Part shown: positions 1-13,300 of the stretch, piece after piece | How the letters are laid out: every line of letters begins with the position of its first letter | Numbering within the stretch: position 1 is the stretch's first letter | Source: an uncultured Eubacteriales bacterium | Lineage (GTDB): Bacteria; Bacillota; Clostridia; Christensenellales; UBA1242 | NCBI GenBank assembly: GCA_949077035.1 | Contig: CARUPR010000004.1 | Span: 29,721 to 93,720, forward strand | Direction of reading: 5' to 3' | DNA: 64,000 nucleotides | Notes under the pieces: generated by a model | The model's database searches: none | The model's input: the letters and a program-made list of their open reading frames with translations, nothing else | What the model was told of the DNA's origin: nothing | Translations under genes and position numbers: made by a program

Positions 1-1
1 A

Positions 2-865
2 GAAAACGGTTATATCTGCGGTGAGTTTGAGAAAAAATATAGGGATGTTCAGATAGAGATGTTTTTTTCTTCTATGCGAAAGAAGGCGATAAAAATAGAC
101 GGAATAGGAATAAAGAGAATTGGTGAGCTTCTTGGCTCGGTCAATGCAGTGTTTTTTTCACCTGATGAACTTCGACTTATTAAAAACAGCCCTGAAGAGC
201 GAAGAAGGTTTATGAATATCATCCTAAGTCAGACAAACAAAAGTTATTTCTATCTATTGGGTCGATATGAAAAGGTGCTTGCAAACAGAAATAAACTTTT
301 AAAGACCAGTCGCGATAAAAGTGTGCTAATTGACACCATTGATATTTGGAATAGGGCATTATCTGACCTTGCAGAAAAGATATATAAAGAGAGGGCGAAG
401 CTTATAGAAGAACTTTCGCCATTTGCTGAAAAGGCACAAGACTATCTTTCTGGCGGGAAGGAAAAGATTGAAATTGTATATAAGAGTTCTTTTGAAGGTG
501 AAGATTATGCCAAAAAGATGATGAAGGGGCTTGAGAAGAATCTTGAAAAGGATTTTAAATTAGGTTATACATCACTTGGTGTGCATCGAGATGAAATTGA
601 CATATATCTAAATGGAGTTGAAGTGAAAAGTTTTGGCTCACAAGGACAACAGAGAACTTGTGCTTTATCATTAAAACTTGCAGAGCTTGAAATTATCAAA
701 GAGCGGACGGGTGAAGAACCTCTTTTACTGCTTGATGATGTGTTTAGCGAGCTTGACAATGAAAGAAGAAAGAAGCTTTTAAAGTTTACATCCAAAGCTC
801 AAACAATTATCACCTGCACAGACTTTGATGAGCCTGATATTGATTGCAATATTATAAGGCTTTGA
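2..865 (+). CDS. recF: DNA replication/repair protein RecF, C-terminal part (5' end outside window)
   Basis: The frame of the 59..865 ORF stays open back to nt 2. It has an SMC/RecF-type signature 'GSQGQQRTCALSLKLAELE' followed by a Walker-B-like 'LLLLDDVFSELD'. Confidence 0.9.
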   Translation, partial: ENGYICGEFEKKYRDVQIEMFFSSMRKKAIKIDGIGIKRIGELLGSVNAVFFSPDELRLIKNSPEERRRFMNIILSQTNKSYFYLLGRYEKVLANRNKLLKTSRDKSVLIDTIDIWNRALSDLAEKIYKERAKLIEELSPFAEKAQDYLSGGKEKIEIVYKSSFEGEDYAKKMMKGLEKNLEKDFKLGYTSLGVHRDEIDIYLNGVEVKSFGSQGQQRTCALSLKLAELEIIKERTGEEPLLLLDDVFSELDNERRKKLLKFTSKAQTIITCTDFDEPDIDCNIIRL

Positions 866-889
866 AATTGAAATGTAGCAAACACAAAA

Positions 890-920
890 AACCTTTCTTA
901 AAGTAAGAAAGGTTTTTTTA
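890..920 (+). terminator. Rho-independent terminator after recF
   Basis: Perfect 11-bp stem aacctttctta/taagaaaggtt with a 3-nt loop, followed by a T-run. Confidence 0.8.
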
Positions 921-1181
921 TTTTTTAAGGACGCAAGATAGGAATGAGTAACATAAGAGCTTTCTTTTGAAAGGCAAGATAGGCAGGAACTTCGTGAGTA
1001 TAATTTTGTGAAATTTAATAATAAATCGTGATAATTTAATATAATTTTGTGAGATTTATCAAAAAATAGTGAAAAATTGTAAAAATTTGCAATTTTTTCA
1101 TGTTTTTTCATGATATTTTAGTAATTTTATATTTAATTTTGCTAAATTGTTTAAACTTAAAAGCTATTAAAAGTTTTTCAA

Positions 1182-2411
1182 TTAAGCATTTTCTTTAAAG
1201 GTGCAATTATTGAAAGTTGTTGAAAGGTCGACATCAATTGGAAGTAAGAGGGCATTTTGTTGAGAGGCAGAGAATGTCATATCCTTGAAAGTTACAGAGC
1301 CGCCTGTGCACTGGGACAAATCAATCATATGCTCAGCTGCGTTGTCACCGATTGATGAAAGTGTAAGATTTATAAATCTGACATTTTCAATCTTCCCAAC
1401 AATTTTTATTGGAATAATATCAATTCCGTTTAATGAATCAGTTTTCTTCTGTGAAAAGATTGTGATATTTTTTGCGTTTTCTAAGATTAGTGGAGTTGAA
1501 GTATTGAAATTGGCACCATTTGCAAGCATTATGCTGTCAACATTTTCATTGATTGCATCTTGAAGTTCTTTAAAAGAATTGACAATCTTCTTTGCCTTTG
1601 CTGAAATTGAAATCTTTTCTGTGAAATCTTGATAGGTGATTGTTATAAATTTGTCGCCCACATCAATTGTTTCTTTGTCTATTTGATAATTGGTAATTTT
1701 TTCTACCCTTCCGCTGTAATATTTTAATGAAACTTCTAAGCCTGTCTTATCAAATTTTTCGCCAATGAAATAGCTGGTTTTGATTGGAAGAGAGTCAATA
1801 TTCATTTCTATTATCCTATCTTCTCGGACGATAAGTGGAATTTCTATTGTGGTTAAATCTTTGTAAGTTATTTTAATTGTTGCGCCATCTTCAGCATAGG
1901 TAGGATGTTCTATCACACACTGGCTGAGGTCTATCTTATCCTCTTTTTCTCTGCTTTGATATACACCATAAACCTCAATATCTTTTAGGTCTATCCTCTC
2001 GCCTGTGAAATAGTAAATGGCAGAAGAAGGATATCTTGCCTCTATATATGCAATTTTTCCGTCATTTACTGTGACTTCCATGCTTTGTGAAATGTTTGTG
2101 TCTACTACCTCAATGGTTATTGTTGCCTTTCCATAACTATTTGCAACCATGTTTGAATATCTGTCAAAAGAGATGATTGAAGTGTCAGAACTTGAACATT
2201 TTAATTTATAGTTTTTTGCTTTTTTAGGATAAACATTCAGTTCTATTGTTTTAACCTGATTTAAATACATTTCTATGCTTGGACTTTCAAATTCAATTCT
2301 TTCAGGATAGACAACTTTATTGAAACATCCGACAAGAAGAAAGGAAGTGCAAATAAGGATAAATGTAAATAATATGGTAAAAATGGTCGATTTTTGCAGT
2401 TTTTTTGTCAT
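1182..2411 (-). CDS. Lipoprotein with bacterial Ig-like (Big_2 / group-3 Ig-like) domains
   Basis: N-terminal signal with lipobox 'FLLVGC'. One Big_2-like segment, then two segments with the pattern '..SYFIGEKFDKTGLEVSLKYYSG..' typical of group-3 Ig-like domains. Confidence 0.7.
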   Translation of the reverse strand: MTKKLQKSTIFTILFTFILICTSFLLVGCFNKVVYPERIEFESPSIEMYLNQVKTIELNVYPKKAKNYKLKCSSSDTSIISFDRYSNMVANSYGKATITIEVVDTNISQSMEVTVNDGKIAYIEARYPSSAIYYFTGERIDLKDIEVYGVYQSREKEDKIDLSQCVIEHPTYAEDGATIKITYKDLTTIEIPLIVREDRIIEMNIDSLPIKTSYFIGEKFDKTGLEVSLKYYSGRVEKITNYQIDKETIDVGDKFITITYQDFTEKISISAKAKKIVNSFKELQDAINENVDSIMLANGANFNTSTPLILENAKNITIFSQKKTDSLNGIDIIPIKIVGKIENVRFINLTLSSIGDNAAEHMIDLSQCTGGSVTFKDMTFSASQQNALLLPIDVDLSTTFNNCTFKENA

Positions 2412-2690
2412 TTTTCACCTCTTTTTAATAAATTTTGTATTTATTTTATGATTTATATTGTTTTTAACTATTAATTTTATAATGTTTTTAAATTGATTTT
2501 AAACTGATTTTATTTTGTTTTTTGTAATGGTTTTATATTAATTTCTAAAATTTTTAAATTGATTTTTAAAGTTTTTTAAATTTTTTTAAACCTTTTTTTT
2601 ACAAGCTTTTTTAAAATCAAATTTAAGCATAGATGATAAAAATAATAGCTAGGCAGTTTTATTTTGTGTAAAAAATTATTTTTAATTTGT

Positions 2691-3752
2691 TTATTTTAAA
2701 AACTTTTTATAATTTAAGCCCATTGCATCTTTCATTTTTTCAAGACGTGCATTTGCGTCTATTGAAGCCTGACGAGAGTTTTCAAACAGCATATTGTAAA
2801 TGTCGTCAATATGATTTAGGCATTGTTTTCTTTTCTCTCTTATTGGTGAAAGAAAATCTTCAAGCACATTTATTAAAAACTTTTTCACCTTCACATCGCC
2901 AAGGCCGCCTCGTCTATAATGGTTTTTAAGTTCTTCTAAATTTTTATATTCTGGCAGAAACATTGCAAAATGTGCTGGCTTTGAAAAGGCATCAAGATAG
3001 GTGAAAACAACATTTCCTTCAATTTGACCTGGGTCGGTCACCTTTATATGATTTGCATCTGTGTATGCCTTCATCACCTTTTCTTTGACTGTTTCTGTAT
3101 CATCGCAAAGATAGATTGAATTTCCTGCAGATTTTGACATCTTCAATTTTCCGTCAAGACCTGGAAGTCTTTGAAATGCCTTGTTTTCTGAAACTATCGC
3201 TTTTGGCATAACAAAAATCTCTTCGCTTGGCTGATAGGTATTGTTGAAAGATTGGACAATCTCTCTTGCCTGTTCAAACATTGGCAACTGGTCGCCACCA
3301 ACAGGGGCAATTGTTGTGCCAAAGGCAAGGATATCTGCCGCTTGAGAGATTGGATAATTTATAAATCCGATTGGCAGACTTGTTTCAAAGCCACGTTGTT
3401 TGATTTCTTCCTTGATGGTTGGGTTTCTTTGAAGTCTTGATAGTGTGACAAGATTCATAAAGTATGATGTAAATTCATGAAGTGGGCTGACCATAGATTG
3501 AATAAAAATCTTGACTTTGGAAGGGTCTATTCCTGCCGAAATATAGTCGATTGCAACCTGAATGATGTTGTTTTTTACTTTATCGACGTTTTGCGCATTG
3601 TCGGTCAGTGCCTGTGTGTCTGCTATCATGACATAATATTTTTCATAATTGCCTTCATCTTGAAGTTCTATCCTCTTTTTAAGTGAGCCTATATAATGAC
3701 CTAAATGTAAGTTTCCTGTAGGTCTATCACCTGTTAAAATAATATCTTTCAT
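2691..3752 (-). CDS. trpS: Tryptophan--tRNA ligase
   Basis: Class I aaRS motifs 'TGNLHLGHYIG' and 'KMSKS', with overall TrpRS-like layout ('YPISQAADIL', 'VGGDQ'). Start placed at the internal ATG (MKDIILTG) preceded by AAGAGGAAAAAT; the track ORF extends to 3812. Confidence 0.9.
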   Translation of the reverse strand: MKDIILTGDRPTGNLHLGHYIGSLKKRIELQDEGNYEKYYVMIADTQALTDNAQNVDKVKNNIIQVAIDYISAGIDPSKVKIFIQSMVSPLHEFTSYFMNLVTLSRLQRNPTIKEEIKQRGFETSLPIGFINYPISQAADILAFGTTIAPVGGDQLPMFEQAREIVQSFNNTYQPSEEIFVMPKAIVSENKAFQRLPGLDGKLKMSKSAGNSIYLCDDTETVKEKVMKAYTDANHIKVTDPGQIEGNVVFTYLDAFSKPAHFAMFLPEYKNLEELKNHYRRGGLGDVKVKKFLINVLEDFLSPIREKRKQCLNHIDDIYNMLFENSRQASIDANARLEKMKDAMGLNYKKFLK

Positions 3753-4239
3753 ATTTTTCCTCTTTTTTATAGTGTAAACATATTTCAAAACATTGTCAAG
3801 CGATAATGTCAATGAATGTTTTGTTGGTGAAAGAAGAACTTTTGAACAGATGTGAGATTTTGAGAGAAGAGAAAGTGAGGGCTATGTGGTTTGATTAGAA
3901 TAGAATTAGAACGAGGCTATTTGGTGGGCAAAGAATAAAAGAGAGATAAAAAATTTTTTGAGAGGTTTTTGTTTGTAAGTAATTAAGAAAGAGAAAGTGA
4001 GGTTTGTATGCTTTAATGAAAATATCAAGAAAAAAGAGAGAATTGAAGGACAGAAAAAAAAGAAATGATGTGTTTGGCGTATAAAAGAGAATAGAGAAAA
4101 AATGTAGTGATTAAGATTTTATTCTGTCAAAATTTGTCATATTTTAAATCTTTAAGAAACTTATCATAAAAAAATAAAAACCAGAAAAATATTTTTGTCG
4201 AAATATAAATTAATTTCTTGATAATTTGTATATTTTTGT

Positions 4240-4268
4240 TTGCCTTATGTAAAATAATTTTGTATAAT
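4240..4268 (+). promoter_or_regulatory. Sigma-A-type promoter candidate for the giant gene
   Basis: TTGCCT, 17-nt spacer, TATAAT (preceded by TG), about 75 nt upstream of the RBS-supported start. Confidence 0.5.
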
Positions 4269-4341
4269 ATATAAATATATTAGGCTTGCTTTGGTGTATT
4301 TGTTTTTTGGCTTTCAGTGTTGTGCAAAAAAGGAGGCAGTT

Positions 4342-7300
4342 ATGTTGAAAAAAATGAGTAAAAGTATTTGTTTCTTCCTGTTGGTGTTGTTTATGGCAGG
4401 AAGTTTTTGTTTGTTTCCAAAATTAAAAGTCGGGTTTTCTGATGCTTTGAATTATGAGCAATATATAAGTGAACATACTCAAGGTGAGACTTATAATGCC
4501 ATATTTGAAGAGATTTATAACAATGACTATAATGAGTATGTTTATGAAGGAGAGTCTTTTGTAGAGCATTATTACCAATATAAAGACATCAATGCTCAAA
4601 ACAATAGTGCTCTTTTTGGAAGTGAATATTTTAATCAAGAGCGTTTTGGACATAAGAATGTTATGGTCATAACAACAGCCGAGCAACTTGCTGAGGTGGC
4701 TTTTTGGATAAGCTGGGGAAATGATATTTGTCAAATTATGGCCCCAATTGTCAGAGAAGATTTTAATTCTCAAGAAGAATATGAGAGTGCACTTGAAGAG
4801 CAAGAGATGCAGTTAAAATTATTGGGTATTGAAGGGAAGTTGCCTCCTATTACTTTTATAAGTGATAATGAAGGAAATCAAGATGTATTTATGGAAAACC
4901 CTTTTAGAATGGGGATATATTCACTTGAAGCGGACCTTGATTTAAGTGGCTCTCTTTGGACACCAATTGGAAATTCTAATAGTGAATTTGCAGGTGTTTT
5001 TTATGGTAATGGCCACACAATTTCAAATATAACCATTGACGATGTGACATCGTCTGAGGGTAACAGTAATGTAAATCTTGGGCTTTTTGGTAAAATTTCA
5101 GAAGCAACAATTTGTGATTTGGTAATTGGCGGGTCAAACACAATCGTTTCATCATCAACAAATGCAAATTGCGGGACACTTGTTGGTTCAACAAATCGTA
5201 GTTACATAATAAACTGCTTTGATAAATCTACCTCAAAAACCGGCACAAACAACAAAGAACTTTCTCCTATTGGTAAAATTGAAAGTAGTGGGGATAATGA
5301 AAGTTATTTCTATGCCGGAAATAGCTTTGATGGTAAGACTCCTATTTGCAAAAATATTACCGAATATTTTCAAACTGTTATTACTGATAGTTTTGATACT
5401 TATGTTGGTGTTTATAATGCTGGTGAGGGTGAATTTAAGATAGGCAATGAAAAATGGTATGACAGAAGCCCTGACTCAGACAGCAAAACTCTTAGAACTT
5501 TGTTTAAAGTAGTTTATTATAGAGGTGAAAATAATACAAATTTGACAAAAGTAGTGCCAATAAATGAAAAGCCTTATATGCTTAGGTCAAACATTCATTA
5601 TGCCTCTGCACCAAAGCTTAGAATAGAAACAACAAATGAAAATGAAGTTTATGTAATCAAACCTGGTTTTAAAGCTTCTTTTAGGACAGAATATAAAAGT
5701 CAAGAATTGTTTATGTTTGCATTTAAGCCAGGGACAGACCTTGATGATAATTCAGATGAAAATTTAGAGAATAATGTTTTATACGACCAAGATTTAATAG
5801 ACCAAGGTGAGGCCCCTTATAATGCTTACCTCGTAAGCCCTATGGGAATTGATATAAGTTATGAAGAGGCAACTATTAATACTACTTTTGATTATGGATA
5901 TTCTAGTTCTCGTTCATATGAAACTCTTACGTTCCCATACGATACTCCTTTCTGCGAAATCTTTGAAGAGCATCCTGGGCTTTTGCAGAGGGCAGGATAT
6001 GAACTTGATGAATTTTATAAAATTATAAACCCTGATAATACAAAAACTGCAGTAAATATTGAAACTGCAGATGACTATAAAGATAGTTATATAAACGACA
6101 ATGAGAGATATTTCTTAACATGGAATTATAATGATAAAATTCAAAGAAATTTTGGTATTAAATTTGCCTATTCTTCTGAAGAGGGCGGCAAGATGGCCGA
6201 AAATTTTTCATCAGTTGACAAAATGAAAGGTTTTGTTGCACATGATGAAAATGGAGTTGCAAAGATTGAAGGAATAAAAGAAGCAAGTGCTGGTATGCTT
6301 GAAGAGGGAATTATCTATGAAAACTCTGCAAACTTTGCTGAAGGCAGTGATAATTATACCTTTAAAATAACTCTTGCTCAAGGATATAAACTTGTTTCAG
6401 CTTCTGGTTATGACCCTAGTATGCATACATACACAAAAACTCCTGAAATTGTCAATAACAAGGCAAATGTGAGATTGGGTGCTTATCCAAGTTTCACCAA
6501 TATGACAGGCAAAGGTTATGATTATGACGGAAGTGAAACAAAAAATAATGATAGTTATAATTCAGTATTAATAGAGGCTGGTCGTGTAAGAGATAAAGAT
6601 AATGAAGATGACCAAATTATTCCATTGCCTGGTGGGGAAAGGACTTATAATGAAAGGGCAGCTTTTGCTAAAGAAAAAGAGTATATTGTCAATGTAAACA
6701 ATGTTGTTGGACCTGGTGGTCATGTAATTTTGGTCATTGAAAGAGACTGGACTTATGTTGATGTGACACCACATATGGTGGACGATACAGTAGATATTTC
6801 TTACTTTATTGAAGACGGAATTTATCTTAATAAGAATGGCGATGCAGTAGACAAAAACAACAACTTATTTTATGATAATCAAGGAAATATTTTGGTAGAT
6901 TATCCTTCAGCTGTTATTTATTACGGAAAAGGAAAGCCTTTTGATAAAAATAATGAAATATTTATAGATGAAAATGGTATTGCGACTTATCCTGATGCTA
7001 TATTTAATGGCATTGAAAATGAAGAAGGTGTATTTGAAAGACCGGTGATAAAGGAAGATGGAAGCAATTGTTATATTTTACAGATGAGGAAAGGTGATAG
7101 CATAAACTTGACCATATCTGTCGGAACTGCGGTTGGAACGGTTGATAGATATCTTCTTAATGTTGAAACAGACAATTTTATGAAGGCAAATGATGGCGAA
7201 AATGAGTCCGGCTTTACCACCTATAAAATAAGCTATCCAAATCAAGGTGTATGGGGTGCTGAAAACCCTGAGGAAGATTTCTTTAATGTTTGGGATGTGA

Positions 7301-10300
7301 ACTTGAATAATACAAAAGAATATTCAAATACATTCAGACCATACATTGGCGATATCAAAACAAAGGTTGCAATCAATCTTTATAAAAATGATTTTGACGA
7401 ACAAGATAATATGGTAAACGTTCAACCACTTGATGACATGACTGGAATTGGTGTGACAATCAATGGTGCAACCAAGTATCAGAATGTGACAGGTGAGCTT
7501 GTTGGTATGGCAATTAAAGGCGAAATTGCATCAACAAGAAGTGGCAAATATGAAGCACATAAGGTTGTGATTTCTGAGTATAAAGGTCAGTCTTCCTCTC
7601 AAGAGGTTGACTTAGGCGGGGCTTCAGCAAGGGCTGAATATCCAAAAACTATCACATTATATAACCCAGAAAAACCTGAAAAAGGTGAGTATCCTGATGA
7701 GTATTATTGGACAAGAGGCTCATCTGTAGATATGATGTTTAGAAAGGCATTTACTCATGATAGTGATGACCCTATATACCAAGTTGATGTTTATTATAAG
7801 CAAAGAAAATATGATATTAATATAGAATACTATGCAGGAAGCAATCTTACTGCGGTGAAACCATCTGAAGGTGAGGTTGCTGTTATACCAGAGGCATCAG
7901 TTGACCAAATCAAACCTGAATTTGCTGATAGATATTTCAGCAATGCAAGCTTTGGCTTTGCATCTCAATCTCCAAGCATATTGATTCCTGGTGGCGGAAC
8001 TTATAATTTTGGTTTTAAGCTTAACAGCACAGGAAAGGGTGTTTTGAGTTATGCAGGGTATGAACTCTATCAAGATGGCAAGGTGAAGGTAAGATATCAA
8101 AATAGTGCAAACCCAGAGCAATGGGAAAAGGAAGGATTTACAAACAGCTCTTTAGTTGAGCCTGAAAATCCTGGAATTAGTGATGAAAACTTTGAATTGA
8201 CCCTTGGTGGATATGATACAAAAATTAAAATCTTCTTTGAATACCGCTCTGTAAATCTTTTGATTGACAAGGTGCATGTGCTTAATGAAGAAGGGTATTT
8301 GGGACTTGAGGATAAGGCATTGCTTCAATACACAATTGAAGGGCTTACCTTTAAGATTGGTGCCAATGGCGAGCTTTCTTTGACAAATGGCTCTGACCAA
8401 CTTGATAGCATTTCAATCCACTCTCAGTTCTATCTTCTTGGTTGGTATCTGCAAAATGGCAAAATGGTCAATGTTGACTCTGAAGGCAATTTCAATGGTC
8501 TTTTGACAAACAGTGATTTTGTTGGCGAGATAGCCGAGCTTGGTGCAGATAAAGAAAATGGTTATGTAAACAATTCAATAGCCGCGTTGGTGGGAAGAAG
8601 AACTGTCTCTGCAAGCTATAATGCCGGTGCTGCCGGTTTTGGTAAGTTGTATGAAAACGGAACTCTTGACGATGCTGACAGAAGATTTACCGAAGTAAAT
8701 GACAATGCTTTGCATATGGTAAAGGCAGGTCAGAACATTGTTTATAATCAAATTATCGGTTTAAGCCGATTTGCATTCTATAATTTGGGATATAAATTTA
8801 ATGGTTATAGACCAAACGGCGTGACAATTGATGGCGGAACTTTTGTTTCTTTTGGTAATGTAGTGATTGATGAAAATGGAAATATCACATACACCATTTC
8901 TGGCTCTGGTTGGGACCAATTGTTTAAACTGGCAAAAGAAAATGGTGCGATAATAAATGATATCAACAGTGATGGTTTCCAAAACTGGAATATGCTTGCT
9001 GAAAATGACTTGCATAGAAGGGCTGAGGTAGAGCTTATTGCAAACTGGCAGTTGATTTCTTATAGTGCAATCATTGACGGAAGCACAATCGTGAGTGATT
9101 CATCAACTGGCAAGACAGGACTTTCTATTGGTGACACAATTTATTACACAACAACTCCTGCTCCAAATCACAAAAATGGTCTTGCGACTTATGTGATAAA
9201 TGGAACTACACTTTCAGGTCAAACAATCTTTGGTTATTATGCAAAAGGATATAAAATCTGGCAAAACTCTGAGGAAATTTGCTTTGAAAGTCTTGGTGAT
9301 GGTGAGGCAAACAAGATTACTATCACTCCTGAAATATTTGAGTTGTTTATCAAAGAGGAATATAAATTTAAAGAAAACACTGGTGATGACAACATATTTA
9401 TCAACACCATAAGAGAAGAGGCAGATTATTATGTCTTCCTTGAAAACTCTGAAAATAATTATTATAGATATGACTGGAATGAAAACCTTGACACAAATGA
9501 CTATGGTCAAATCATAGATGGGAGAATTGCTATTAATGTCAAGTATAATAATCCAGCGACAAACATCATCAAAGCTATTGAAGATAAAGTTTTGGTGGTA
9601 AATAGATATGGTTATACAGAAGACAAAAATCTTTGGTCTATTGCAGGCAATGCAGGCCAATCTGTGACAATGTTTAAACCACAAGATAAATACCTTACAA
9701 CTGGCGACTCATTTATTGTGCCTACATGGATAAAGGATGAGCAAGGCGCGACAAAGAGTGAAATCAATTTCACAGAAGAGGCTAGGGACATAAGAAACTT
9801 CTATCTTTTAAATGATTTTAATATAATTTCTGCCGCAGCAAGCGGAAATCATGTTGAGGATGGAATTGACATTTCAAGAAAACCAATTTTAAATAATGGT
9901 GAACAAATTGTTGGTTTCAAATTTATCCTTTCTGCAAATGGCGGAGAGGAAATGGTATTTGAAAACATCAAAGAATTTAACATAAATAATCTCAATTTAA
10001 GTGGAGCTTATACTATTAAATTTGTAATTGATGTGAAAGATACCCTTACAAAATATAATGAAGAGGGTGCGTATTCAATCGAGTATGCTTCGCCAAGCAG
10101 AATTCTCAGCTTTAATATGGTGAAGAATGAATTGCACTTCTTTGAAAATGATTTTGCTTCTGTATATAATGGTTCAAATGCGTGGACACCATCAGCTGCA
10201 AACAATTATGGAAAATTTATGCTTAAATTCAACTGGAAGGGCGACAATAAAGCAAATTCTGGCAATTTAAGCGAGTATTCAATTGGCGTGCTTGATGATT

Positions 10301-13300
10301 ATTTCACCGATTTTGCTATTGAAGGTGACTATAATGCAAGTGCTTCTTCAAGAGATAAAAAGAATTTGAAATTTAAATTCAACCCTGAAAGACCAATTTT
10401 GGGCAATGAAGAATTGAATTATTTTGAGCTTATTTCAAATGTGATTGAAGAAGAGGGACAATATTATATCCTTCTTGAAAATGTATTGACTATTGAAAAG
10501 GCAAAATTTACCATCCATTTCCCTAATGGCTCTGCCTACAGATTTGACAATATCAATGCTGTAGTTTATGAAAATGTTGATAAATTGAATTTTACCGGCG
10601 ACTTTGCAAATGGCAAAACTTTTGGTTATACCTTTGACAAAATCATGCTTCTTGTAAATGATGCTGCTGTGTATACCGGAAAGGAAGATTATAATCAAGA
10701 TAAAGACATCTTCACAATCTATGGGCTTAAGTTTGCAAATGACTTTGAAAGCAATTTTGAATGGAACATTGCAAATTACAACAACCATGGTGACTCAAGA
10801 TTTATCTTGAAAGAGATTGGCTCTGCAAAGGGTTATACATACAATCTTGCATACCTTCTTTCAAGCCAAGGAAAACTTAATGACACACTTGCAAGTCAGT
10901 ATCTTGGCGAAAGTGGAAGAATTGAGCTTTCAAACCTGATTATTGATGGCAAGCCATATCAGCTTCCAAACACAAATCAGGGCAGTATCCAAGTAGGAAA
11001 TGACATCATTTTCTCTTATGCAGGAAATGGCACAAACAATCTTAAACTTTTTGTAAATGACGAAGTTATGGCAATTTATCCATTCTCTGTCAGACTTAAT
11101 ATTATTTTAAGTGACGAGGCAATGAATGGTTTAAAACTTTTGACATGGACAAATAATCCAAATGTTTCAATGCTTGATGCAATGTTTGAAACTTGGCAGG
11201 AAAGCGGTTGGTCAACAACCATTTCACCTTCTGTCACCGATGGTCAAAACAATGAGTTGACAGCAGTGCTTACCGATGTGGTAAAGGTGTTTGTAAATTA
11301 CAATACCGGCACAAATGGCGACAATGAATTAAATGAAATCATCTATGTTTCTGTTGCTGATAATATATTAAAGGTTAGCAATCCAATCCATGAAGAAGGA
11401 AGATATCTTACATTCAATGGTTATAACAAACCATCAAACAGCAGGCTTGATATTACTTTTGACCCACTTTGGACTTCATTCTCGGTTAAAAACTCTTGCT
11501 CTGTTGAGTATATTACCGCTAAATGGAAATTTGACGAATTTGATTTTAATTCTTACAGTGAAATTGCATTGTATGCAAATGCAGGTGAAATTGAACAAAA
11601 CTTATCTTCTTTTGTAACAGTTGATGCACCAAATGGAAGTTCTATTACCGCTTCTATGACAAGCGTTGACGGCAAAACCTCTTTTGCTTACAACGCAAAC
11701 AACGCATCCTTTGTGATTAAAGATGAAAATGGTTTGGCTGGTGCCAATTTGACTGGAAAATATCAAATTTCAGTTACACTTACTTATAATGATGGCTTTG
11801 GCGACCAAAGATTGACAAAAACTTGTGATATTAAACTTATATTAAACAAAAAAATGATAAACTTCTATATTGTAAATCAAAACTTGACTTACAACAATAG
11901 CGTCCAAAATGTGTCAATCCTCCTTGAAATGGATGACGAATCAAAAGAGGTAAACCTTCAATCATTGCCAAAGATTGACAACTCTATGGACAATCAATAT
12001 CATTTCTATATCAATATTCTTGATAAAAACAATCAAATTTCAGTGCTTAGAAATGCAGGCACTTATACAATAAGGGCAACTGTTGATAGCAAATTGCAAA
12101 ATGTTTATCAATTTATAAATGATGAAATTACAATTGATAAAGAGCTTACAATCAAGCAATACACAATCAGCCTTAAAAATTATAATGACCAGATTGAATT
12201 TATAAAATATGTCGGAACAAACGACCCAGTCCTTAGCTATGACATTGAGATTGAACATGATAGCGAAAGCGAAATTGTGGAAATCCTTTTTGAAAGAGAA
12301 AGTGGCGGGGCAGTTGGAAGCTATCTTCTAATAAATCCTAAATTTATTGAGGATGCTGACAAAAACAACTATAAACTTAATCTTGCTGGTTTTGAGGCTT
12401 ATCTTGTGATTGAAACTCCAAATGCAAATCTGCAGATAGAGTTTAAAGAAAGACCAAGTTATGTTTACAATTCTCTTGCAGTAAACAGACAGGTGGTCAC
12501 TGTTGAGAACAACAAATTTATTCTTTCACTTTATAATGACGATACCTTGCTTGACCAGGTTGAATTTGACCTTTATTATCTTTCTGTAAATGGAGAAGAA
12601 GTTGAAAAGGTTTATATTTCTGATGATGCAAAACAAGACCATATCAGACTTATCAATTTCTCTTTTGAAAACATAAGTGCAAATGCCGGCGACTATCCAT
12701 TGAGTGTGACTTTAAATGAAGTTGAAGACTTTGATTATACAGGTATTGAGTTTGTTGACAAGTCTATCTCAAGACTTAAAGTTGAAAAGAAAAGACTTGA
12801 AGTATTGTCAATAGCCAAAAATTTCAACAGAAATGATGCAATTGGCAAAAATGACGTGACCTTTGAGGGCGTTGTTGATGGCGATGAAGTATATATCAGC
12901 GGAAGATATACTCAGGTGACTGTTGGTCAAAATATTAAACTTTCTGGCGTGACTTTGGCAGGAAGTGCTGCCTTAAACTATAGCATTGCCGATGTGACCT
13001 ATTATGGTGAAATCATTGCTGTAGACGGCGGAAGTGTAATATTCAGCATAAATGAAACAGAATTTGTTTATGGACAATTTAATAACAACCTTACAATAAA
13101 TGAAGCTTTTGCTTTGACAAAGGGTTATATCCTTTCAATAGGTGGCATTACTGAAGATGTCAAGAATGGTTATGTGCAAGCTTCAGCAGTTGTAATAAGC
13201 GAAGGCGACCTTTCAAGTGGCGGATACTTAAAGGCAGGAAGAAAGACAATTAAATTTGTATTTACTTCTGAAAACTTTACAAATCTGCAAAGAGAGGGAT

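Noticed and set aside
779-1111. 110-aa minus-strand ORF downstream of recF.
   Set aside because: It overlaps the recF 3' end, its terminator and the dispersed repeats. It has no RBS and a low-complexity translation.
3753-4110. Expected T-box riboswitch upstream of trpS.
   Set aside because: The minus-strand leader is pyrimidine-rich with almost no G. It has no GGGTGGTACCGCG-like box and no terminator/antiterminator pair.
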